From positions 1 to 16,741 of the forward strand of contig JBDKFG010000086.1 in assembly GCA_039798785.1 (NCBI GenBank): 16,741 nucleotides of DNA, in the 5' to 3' direction. The DNA comes from Verrucomicrobiota bacterium (lineage in GTDB: Bacteria > Verrucomicrobiota > Lentisphaeria > Lentisphaerales > Lentisphaeraceae). Every line of letters begins with the position of its first letter. Within the stretch, counting starts at the first letter, position 1. Of the stretch, positions 7,928 to 15,020 are shown piece after piece. The notes under the pieces are model-generated. The model did no database searches. It was given only the letters and a program-made list of their open reading frames with translations, and was not told where the DNA came from. The position numbers and the translations under genes were made by a program.

Positions 7928-9797
7928 ATTTCGAGCGTCTCCGCTCGAAGATCTTCTGTAGATTCTGCAAATCATCCAAGGAGGCGGAGGCTGGGTAGAG
8001 CAAGGACCGGCTGATATCGCCTTTCCAGGCGCTTCGCGTGTTCTTGGGCTGCATGCCGAAAGATACGGTGCTGAGGCTGCTCCAAGACTTCAGGTTTCCG
8101 ATGAGGTCTCCTTGGCCGCGGTTGCCATTGAGGTTCCAGCGGCACTTGCCTGGGGAGACGAAGAGCTGGATGGAGTTGGCTCCCTTGATCTTGGCTTCGC
8201 CGAGATCATGGGATTGCGGGCCGGCGGAGCTGAGGATCTGGATTCGGATCCGTTTCCCTTTTTGCATCACGGAGAAATGAGCTTTGCCGCCGGCGTCCGT
8301 GAAGCAGGCGATGGTTTTGTCCTCGCGCGATTCGGCATCGGGGACGAAGCTCAGGGTGAAGCCGAAGGTCGAATTCTTGGCGATCTCGGCTGCTCCGGGG
8401 CGTTCGGGCGACATCTGAAGTGGGCCGCTGAAGAATCCGCCAGCTTGACTGAATTTCATCTCGCCGGTTTTGCTGAACTGGGCGTCGCCTTCAGGCTTGA
8501 GTTTGTTGCGAAAATGCGAGTCAGCTTCGGCGATGAAGACGTAGCTGAATTGCTTGCGGCCGGATTCGGCAAGTCCATCAGCAGAGTCCAAGGCCGGGGA
8601 GGCACTCAGCGAAGCGGCATCTTGCGTCGGCGGGGCGGCATCGGGAGCTTTTTTGTCGTGGAGCAGGAGGAAGAGGAGGATGAAGAACATGAGGATCAGA
8701 AGGACGGCCAGGACGATGATCTGCTTGCGGTAAGGTGCGAGCGGATGCGGCTGCGGCATTTCCCGGGTCCTGGCGGCGGCGCGGGGCACGGCGGCGGGAG
8801 GCGGCACCGGGGTGGTCGCGCGATGAGGACGGCGCTGATGCTTTTGCAAAGCCTTCTGGCATTCGGCGATTTCGCGGTTGAGATCGGCGAAGCTGGCCGG
8901 GCGGTCCTTGACTTCGAAGGCCATCAGACGCATGATCATCGCCGAGGTCGCGGGGGAGAGATCGGTGGCAATCTCGTGCGGAGGGGGAGGAGGGTTGCTG
9001 ATCTTGCGGGACAGGATGGCGATGAGGTTCGGCCCGGAGAAAGGCATGCGGCCGGTGACGAGGTGGTAGAGGGTGGCTCCGAGCGCGTACAAGTCGGAGC
9101 GGAAGTCGATGTCGCGGCTGCCTTGGGCCTGTTCCGGGCTCATGTAGAAGGGGGTGCCGACGACGAAGCCGCTTTTGGTCAGGCCGCCGTCGTCGCCGAG
9201 ATTCTTGGCGATGCCGAAGTCCATCAGCTTGACTTCTCCGCTGCCGTCGATCATGACGTTGGCGGGTTTGATGTCGCGGTGCAGCATGCGGCACTCCTCC
9301 CAGGCGTAGGAGAGGGCGTCGGACAGCTTGCTGGCGATCTTCAGGATGTCGGACTCGGCGATCCTCTTCTCCTTGCGGAGGCGGTCCTCCAGGGTCATGC
9401 CGTCGACGTAGCCCATGGCGAGGTAGTGGCAGTTCTCAAATTCGCCGGCGGCATAGGCGGGTACGATGTTGACGTGGTTGAGGCGGGCCAAGGTCTGTGC
9501 CTCATGGAGGAATCGATCGACCTCGCTTTTAGTGATGGTCGGATCATTCTTCATGATCTTGAGGGCGATGGGGCGGTTCATGCTGACCTGGCGGGCCATG
9601 TAGACTTCGCCCATGGCGCCGGCGCCCAGCCATTGCTCGACCTGGAAGCCGCCGATGAGCTTGCCGTAGCCGAATTGCGGCGTCGGCAGATTGAGGACGG
9701 TGTTGCATGCCGGGCAATAGACCTGCTTGCCGATGAGGTCGTCCTCGGCAGAAATCTTGGCGAAACAGTTCTTGCAGCGCAGTTTGATGACCATCAT
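7926..9797 (-). CDS. Membrane-anchored Hanks-type Ser/Thr protein kinase with N-terminal zinc ribbon and C-terminal extracytoplasmic beta-rich (LamG/ConA-like?) domain
   Basis: CKNC...CPAC zinc ribbon. Kinase motifs LGAGAMGEVY, ALK, FLHEA, HRDIKPAN, DFG, GTPFYMSPEQ and DFRSDLYALG. A Pro-rich linker precedes the TM helix IIVLAVLLILMFFILLFLLL and a C-terminal region of about 240 aa. Confidence 0.93.
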   Translation of the reverse strand: MMVIKLRCKNCFAKISAEDDLIGKQVYCPACNTVLNLPTPQFGYGKLIGGFQVEQWLGAGAMGEVYMARQVSMNRPIALKIMKNDPTITKSEVDRFLHEAQTLARLNHVNIVPAYAAGEFENCHYLAMGYVDGMTLEDRLRKEKRIAESDILKIASKLSDALSYAWEECRMLHRDIKPANVMIDGSGEVKLMDFGIAKNLGDDGGLTKSGFVVGTPFYMSPEQAQGSRDIDFRSDLYALGATLYHLVTGRMPFSGPNLIAILSRKISNPPPPPHEIATDLSPATSAMIMRLMAFEVKDRPASFADLNREIAECQKALQKHQRRPHRATTPVPPPAAVPRAAARTREMPQPHPLAPYRKQIIVLAVLLILMFFILLFLLLHDKKAPDAAPPTQDAASLSASPALDSADGLAESGRKQFSYVFIAEADSHFRNKLKPEGDAQFSKTGEMKFSQAGGFFSGPLQMSPERPGAAEIAKNSTFGFTLSFVPDAESREDKTIACFTDAGGKAHFSVMQKGKRIRIQILSSAGPQSHDLGEAKIKGANSIQLFVSPGKCRWNLNGNRGQGDLIGNLKSWSSLSTVSFGMQPKNTRSAWKGDISRSLLYPASASLDDLQNLQKIFERRRSK

Positions 9798-9972
9798 CGA
9801 CCCCTGAAAACTCCCCTAAGTTAATCCGTGCAGCCGGGAACTAAAGCTCCTTCTTCAAAAATGCTGCCGAATGTCCGGAGCCATCTCCTCCACGGGTGGC
9901 AGCCAAAGAAATGGACTTGCAAAGGCGAAAAAACACCTCGAACTGTCTCACTTGAATCTGAGGATCAGCTTA

Positions 9973-10014
9973 GGGAGTTAGGGAACTGGGGAGTCAAGGG
10001 GGGGCTTGACTCCC
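9973..10014. other. G-tract array overlapping a perfect 10-bp inverted repeat
   Basis: GGG-agtta-GGG-aact-GGGG-agtcaa-GGGGGGG at 9973-10004. GGGAGTCAAG (9989-9998) and CTTGACTCCC (10005-10014) form the stem around a 6-G loop. Confidence 0.7.
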
Positions 10015-10077
10015 TGAAAAGCAGCTTGAATGCCTCTCAGTCCAAGCTCAACTCGGTGTGATACACGTCGAGAAAAC

Positions 10078-10107
10078 TTGCATTCCCCTGTCTCCTGGTG
10101 CTATGCT
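10078..10107 (+). promoter_or_regulatory. Putative sigma70-type promoter for the lipoprotein pair
   Basis: TTGCAT (10078-10083), an 18-bp spacer, and TATGCT (10102-10107) preceded by an extended -10 TG (10099-10100). It lies about 56 bp upstream of the ATG at 10164. Confidence 0.5.
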
Positions 10108-10163
10108 CGTCATTGCGTCCCCCGCACAACCCTTGATTGCAACCGGAATCCAGAAGGAACGAC

Positions 10164-11864
10164 ATGAAGCTCAGAATCCCCGCCGCCGTGACACTGGCCT
10201 TGATGGCCAGCGCCTGCCAAACCCCCATCCAAGATCATTCCGGCAGCGCCAATCCCGCGCATCGCCAGGCTTTCGAGAAGGCCAGCGCCGATCTCGATGC
10301 AGGGGGGGTGCGCTACACCTACATGAACATCCAGGCTCTCGAGCCTTGCGTCGAGGAGTATTATCAGCTCGGCGTCAAGATGGCGAAGGTCGCCATCACC
10401 GACAAGGATGAGCAAGCCCAGGCCCTGGTCACCGCCCAGATGGTTCACGACATCGTCAAGAACAGCGGACTCCTGGCTTTTGAATCTCTCGGCGACAGCT
10501 GCGTCAAGCAGGCCGACGGCTATTACCTGAACAAGACCTTGGTCCGCCATTCCCGTCCCGACACTCCCTTGCAGCAGTTTCTCGGCGGCCGTTCGGCTCC
10601 CCTGACCACGATCGATGCCCTGCCGGAAAGTTCCGTCCTCGCCCTCGGCGGCCGTCTCCACTTCAAGGCTCTGATCGATTGCCTCCGACAGTCGAACCCC
10701 GCCATCGGGACCGTCCTCGATACCCGTGTGGCGGCCTTCGAGAAGGAGGCCGGCATGACTCTCGATGAAGCCACCGGCCCGATCGAAGTGAGCCTTGCCC
10801 TGACCCTGGAGGACCGACTCATCACCTTCCCGATCGACGAGGAGAAATCCCTGACCAGCGCCGCGCCTGGCTTCGTCCTCGTCGCCGACCTGAAGAATCC
10901 GGCTGCCGCGTCGAAGCTCCTGGCACTGATGAAGAAGCATCTGCCCCACAGCGAAGCGGCAGGAGTCTGCAGCTTCAAGGCTCCGCAAGAGGATGTCTAC
11001 GGCATCAAGCTTGATCGTCAGCTCCTTTTCTCCGGCAGCCGGATTATCCTGTCCAGCACGGACAAGCTGGGGCAGGAGGCCCTGGCAGCCAAGGGGTCTC
11101 TGCGCCAGAGCGGGGAATGGCAGAAGCTGTCCCGAGGCCTGCCCGGCCAGGGCACCGGCTTCACCTTCGTCTCGCAGCGATTCAGCCAGCAGATTGGTAG
11201 TCTGATCGACCAAGGCCTGGCCTTCGCTCCGGAAAGCAGCCGCGACGAAGCAGTCGAGCTGCTCGGCATCTACGCCCAGATCTTCAAGTGCGACCGCAGC
11301 TTCCACGCTCTCAGCCTGAGCGAATCCGACGGCCTCCGTTCGCTCGGCCGGATGCGCAGCAATCTGCCGGTCGCCGGGGATAAACTCCTGCTCGGCACCG
11401 CCACCGTCGGCATCGCGGCGGCGATGATCCTTCCTGCACTGGGGCAGGTCCGCGAAAAGGCCGAGATCACCAAGTCGAAGAACAATCTCAAGCAGATCGG
11501 CCTCTGCATCAACAGCTACTTCTCCGACGGCACCTCGGTGGCCTTCCCCGCCGTCGACAAGCTCGGCATCGATCCCATGACGCTTCGCACCCGCTCCGGC
11601 AAGCCCTACATCTTCCTCTTCGAAGAAGGTATGCCCTTCGCTTCGGTCAACAGCCCCTATTTCCCGCTCGCCGTCGAGCCGGTGGAGGAGTTCGCCCGCA
11701 TGAACTCATGCAGCGTCCTCTTCGGCGACGGCCATGTGGAATCCTTCAAGGGCTCCTTCGATTCGCCCGCCGAAGTGGTTCGCCTCTGCCTCGACAGGAT
11801 CAGCCGCCCGGAAGAAAGGGCCCTCGTCGAAGCCATGATCAAAAAACTCGAAGCCGCTCAATAA
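10164..11864 (+). CDS. Lipoprotein with large N-terminal domain, internal pilin-like hydrophobic helix and C-terminal DUF1559/H-X9-DG-like domain (paralog 1)
   Basis: ATG at 10164 follows GAAGGA. Lipoprotein signal MKLRIPAAVTLALMASA|C. The C-terminal part has VGIAAAMILPALGQVREKA...SKNNLKQIGL...Y and VLFGDGHV, as in PVC prepilin-like DUF1559 proteins. Confidence 0.75.
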   Translation: MKLRIPAAVTLALMASACQTPIQDHSGSANPAHRQAFEKASADLDAGGVRYTYMNIQALEPCVEEYYQLGVKMAKVAITDKDEQAQALVTAQMVHDIVKNSGLLAFESLGDSCVKQADGYYLNKTLVRHSRPDTPLQQFLGGRSAPLTTIDALPESSVLALGGRLHFKALIDCLRQSNPAIGTVLDTRVAAFEKEAGMTLDEATGPIEVSLALTLEDRLITFPIDEEKSLTSAAPGFVLVADLKNPAAASKLLALMKKHLPHSEAAGVCSFKAPQEDVYGIKLDRQLLFSGSRIILSSTDKLGQEALAAKGSLRQSGEWQKLSRGLPGQGTGFTFVSQRFSQQIGSLIDQGLAFAPESSRDEAVELLGIYAQIFKCDRSFHALSLSESDGLRSLGRMRSNLPVAGDKLLLGTATVGIAAAMILPALGQVREKAEITKSKNNLKQIGLCINSYFSDGTSVAFPAVDKLGIDPMTLRTRSGKPYIFLFEEGMPFASVNSPYFPLAVEPVEEFARMNSCSVLFGDGHVESFKGSFDSPAEVVRLCLDRISRPEERALVEAMIKKLEAAQ

Positions 11865-11880
11865 TTTGGAGCTCCAACAG

Positions 11881-13539
11881 ATGAATTCCGCACGCAGTCT
11901 CATCCCCGCCGCCCTGCTCCTCGCCCTCGGCGCCTGCAAGAGCTACCCGGCCAGCGCCGAAGCCTCGCACCGCGAGCAGTTCCACCAGATCAGCTCCGAG
12001 CTCGAAGCCGGTGGCACTTTCTACATGGTCACCAACCAGAGCGATGAAATGAAAAACACGGTGGCGCAGATGCGCAGCTTCGCCAGGATGATGAAAGACG
12101 AACCCGCCGCAGCCGCACTCTACGACGGCCTCGCCGGCTTCTACGAAAGCAGCGGCGCCACCACCCTGATCGGCTCGGGCGTCTCCACCGTAGAACGCGC
12201 CGACGGCCTGCAGCGGACCCGACTGGTCGCTGCCTACGGCCAAAGCCGTCCGGAGATCTTCAAGCTGTCGCCCGCCGGCCAGCCTGCATGGGATCTCGGC
12301 GGCCGCCTGCCGGCTGACACCGTCGCCGCCTTCGGATTCGCCCTCGACATCCGCAAGGCGCTGGAGCTGGCCTGCGCTTCGACGCCGCAGCTGAAGGAAC
12401 GGATCGAGAGATTCTACGTCGAGTGCGAGCAGCAAGGCTGTCCGGCCGACTTGAAGGCCCTGGCCTCCTCGGATCCCGTCTGCCTGGCCTTCGGCATCAC
12501 CCTTGACGCCAAGCAAACCCTTGAGCTGCCGGAAGTCGGACCGATCCCACTTCCGGGCGCCGTCACCGTCATCCGGGTCGACGCAGCCAAGCGCGATGCC
12601 CTGAAGCTGTTCCTCAAGGAGATCGCCGAGCCGGCGCAGCTCAAGCACCTGGTCAGCGAGCAGCGCGAGAGCTGGACTGCCCCGGAGCTTGCTCCCGGCG
12701 TCTCTCCCTCCATCGTCTTGCAAGGCGATCTTCTCGTCATCGCCTGCCGTCAGAGCCAGGTCGAAGCCGCCCTTGCCGGCAAGGATGGCCTGATGCAATC
12801 GAGCGAGTGGTGCTGCCTTGCCCAGGGGCTGCCGCAACGCGGCGACAGCTTCATCTTCGTTTCCGAACGTATCGGGAATGAAGTCAAGGGCCGTCTCGCC
12901 TCGGTCCTGAGCCGGGAGCAAGCCGCTCCCCAGGAAGTCATCGACACCCTTGAACAGCACTTCAGGAGCAGCCGCTTCTCGCTCCTCGCGATCAGCACTC
13001 AGAAGGAAGGCAGCGCCAGCCTCCACATCACTTCGACCCACGGTCCCGTCAGCCTCGGTGCCGTAGCAGTCGGCGGCATCATGTCGGCAATGCTCCTGCC
13101 CGCCCTTGGCAAAGTCCGGGAAAAAGCCCGCGTCGCCAAGCTCAACAAGGACCCCATCCACAAGTCGAAAAACCAACTCAAGCAGCTCGGCCTGTGCATG
13201 CGAATGTATTTCAGCGATGGCACCAGCATCCGCTTTCCTGAAGACTTGAAAACGATGTTCGACGATGAGTCCCTCCTGACCTCGCCGATCCATCAAGGCC
13301 GCCGATTCACCGTCGCCGACCTCGCGGCGGGGCGTGCGGACTATGTCCTGGTCAACACCGAGCGCCAGTGGGCAGAAATCAACAGCCCCGACATCGCCGT
13401 GATGTTCGAAAAGCCGAATTTCCACGGCGAGAAACTGAAGGGAGTGCTGGTTCTTTTTGGTGACGGCCATGTCGACACCGTTGCCGGCAGCTTCAAAAGC
13501 GTCGAAGAAGTCATCGAGGCCTTGCGGCTGAAGAAATAA
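11881..13539 (+). CDS. Lipoprotein with large N-terminal domain, internal pilin-like hydrophobic helix and C-terminal DUF1559/H-X9-DG-like domain (paralog 2)
   Basis: ATG at 11881 follows GGAG. Lipobox MNSARSLIPAALLLALGA|C. It contains VGGIMSAMLLPALGKVREKA...SKNQLKQLGL...Y and H...VLVLFGDGHV, and is colinear with the upstream gene. Confidence 0.75.
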   Translation: MNSARSLIPAALLLALGACKSYPASAEASHREQFHQISSELEAGGTFYMVTNQSDEMKNTVAQMRSFARMMKDEPAAAALYDGLAGFYESSGATTLIGSGVSTVERADGLQRTRLVAAYGQSRPEIFKLSPAGQPAWDLGGRLPADTVAAFGFALDIRKALELACASTPQLKERIERFYVECEQQGCPADLKALASSDPVCLAFGITLDAKQTLELPEVGPIPLPGAVTVIRVDAAKRDALKLFLKEIAEPAQLKHLVSEQRESWTAPELAPGVSPSIVLQGDLLVIACRQSQVEAALAGKDGLMQSSEWCCLAQGLPQRGDSFIFVSERIGNEVKGRLASVLSREQAAPQEVIDTLEQHFRSSRFSLLAISTQKEGSASLHITSTHGPVSLGAVAVGGIMSAMLLPALGKVREKARVAKLNKDPIHKSKNQLKQLGLCMRMYFSDGTSIRFPEDLKTMFDDESLLTSPIHQGRRFTVADLAAGRADYVLVNTERQWAEINSPDIAVMFEKPNFHGEKLKGVLVLFGDGHVDTVAGSFKSVEEVIEALRLKK

Positions 13540-13554
13540 CCCTGTCGAGCAATG

Positions 13555-13588
13555 AAAGAGTGCAGGGCTTCGGCTCTGCACTCTTTTT
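13555..13588 (+). terminator. Rho-independent terminator, possibly bidirectional, between convergent genes
   Basis: Stem AAAGAGTGCAGGGC (13555-13568), TTCG tetraloop, then GCTCTGCACTCTTT (13573-13586, one G-U pair) ending in a T run. The A run on the left gives a short U tail on the minus strand. Confidence 0.9.
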
Positions 13589-13603
13589 GGTGCTCAGAAT
13601 CGA

Positions 13604-15019
13604 TCAAGGATGTTTTTCGAGCTGCCGGTGGACCATGTCGACAAGGTCGGCCATGCGGAAAGGTTTGGGGAGGAAGGCGACGGCGCCTTTTTGCAGGAGG
13701 CCGCTCTCCTCGACGCCGCTGGCGAAGGCGCTCATGACGACAACGGGGATCCCGGGACGTTCCTTCTTGAAGATCTTGAGGAGTTCGCCTCCGCTGATGC
13801 CTGGGAGCATGTAGTCCTGAAGGATGAGTCGGATGCGTTCGCCGTGCTGGCGGAAGGCGGCGACGGCTTCATGTCCGTTGGAGCAGGCGATGACTTCAAG
13901 GCCGAGCGATTCCAGCCAACGTTGGACGCCTTGCTGGATCAGGGGTTCGTCCTCGACGAAGAGGATGAGATGGCGGCTACTGAATTCGAGGCTGCCGCTG
14001 CTGGTCTCCTGGAGGCGGTTGCGTGGAGCGTCGGCGCCAGAGCAGACAGGGAGGTGGATTTCGAATCGGGTCCCTTGTCCAAGCCGGGTGTTGAGGACGA
14101 CGTGCCCGCCCATTGAACGGGCGCGGTGATTGACCATCCACAATCCCAGTCCGGTGCCAGTCGGGCTGGTGGTGAAGAAGGCTTCAAAGGCCCGTTGTTC
14201 CTGTTCGGGGCTCATGCCGCACCCGTGGTCTTCAATCACCAGGACGGCCCAGGTCTGGCCATCTTTCTCGCGCGGCTCCACCTCGATCAGCAGCAGGTCC
14301 CCCTGCTTGCGCATGGCGTTGCGGGCGTTGAGGCAGAGGTTGAGGAAGATCTCCTGGAGGTCGTTGCGGCGGGCGAGGACGGGCGGGCAGCTGGCGGTCT
14401 TGAGCTTGACTTCGATGTTGGCTGGTATGAGGTGGCGCACCAGCATTTCGAGTTCACGGACCTGCTGGTCGAGGTGGATGGCTTCGGGATTTTCGTCTTC
14501 GCGGCGCCGGGCGATGCGAAGGAGGCTGGTCATCATCTGGGAGGCCTGATCGAGGTAGATCACGGTCCGGCCGAGGGCGGTCGCTACCTGTGGCTGGTAG
14601 CGGGATTCGCTTTGGCACCACTCGACGATGTTCTGGACGCCGGCAAGGATGTTCTTGAAGTCGTGGACGATGCCGGCTGCAAGGTTGGCGGTAAGGGTCA
14701 TGTGCTCGATGGTCTCAAGGCGAGAGGTGTCGATCAGGACCGGCGAGATGTGGCCGGTGACCAGCGGCCAGCGTCCGGCCTTGGGGATGGCTGCGATCCG
14801 GTGCTCGACCGGGATGAATCCGGTGGAAAGCTTGAGGCGATGCTGGAGGAGGCGGGCGGCGCCCCCGGCGGCGACGGCCTCGACGGCGTCGTGCCACTCC
14901 TTGCGAGCCGTGTCGTCGATCAGGAGCAGCCAGGATTTTGCATCGTGCGCAGGGGAGCCCGGGGAGAAGTCCATTTCTCCATTGACGGGGTGATAGCTGT
15001 ATGCGAAACTCACGCTCAT
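13604..15019 (-). CDS. Cytoplasmic hybrid sensor histidine kinase (degenerate PAS-like N-terminus, HisKA, HATPase, REC), CckA-like
   Basis: H-box LAAGIVHDFKNIL, N-box NLCLNARNAM, G1 IEDHGCGM, F-box FEAFFTT and G2 GTGLGL. Receiver motifs ILFVEDE, LILQDYMLP, MSA and LPKPF. No TM helix is visible. Confidence 0.92.
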   Translation of the reverse strand: MSVSFAYSYHPVNGEMDFSPGSPAHDAKSWLLLIDDTARKEWHDAVEAVAAGGAARLLQHRLKLSTGFIPVEHRIAAIPKAGRWPLVTGHISPVLIDTSRLETIEHMTLTANLAAGIVHDFKNILAGVQNIVEWCQSESRYQPQVATALGRTVIYLDQASQMMTSLLRIARRREDENPEAIHLDQQVRELEMLVRHLIPANIEVKLKTASCPPVLARRNDLQEIFLNLCLNARNAMRKQGDLLLIEVEPREKDGQTWAVLVIEDHGCGMSPEQEQRAFEAFFTTSPTGTGLGLWMVNHRARSMGGHVVLNTRLGQGTRFEIHLPVCSGADAPRNRLQETSSGSLEFSSRHLILFVEDEPLIQQGVQRWLESLGLEVIACSNGHEAVAAFRQHGERIRLILQDYMLPGISGGELLKIFKKERPGIPVVVMSAFASGVEESGLLQKGAVAFLPKPFRMADLVDMVHRQLEKHP

Positions 15020-15020
15020 G

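Noticed and set aside
8112..9824. 570-aa plus-strand ORF
   Set aside because: It is the antisense shadow of the Ser/Thr kinase, has no recognisable motifs, and is typical of high-GC codon bias.
9828..10061. 77-aa ORF in the divergent intergenic region
   Set aside because: It has a GTG start with no RBS and no motif, atypical codon usage, and runs through the repeat/hairpin element.
9798..10163. Known riboswitch (e.g. c-di-GMP) or ncRNA in the 366-bp intergenic region
   Set aside because: I could not match any riboswitch, tRNA or other ncRNA consensus by eye. An Rfam scan would be needed.
10110..13581. Long minus-strand ORFs 10110..11306 and 11839..13581
   Set aside because: They are antisense to the two lipoprotein genes, which have a lipobox, RBS, mutual homology, a promoter and a terminator.
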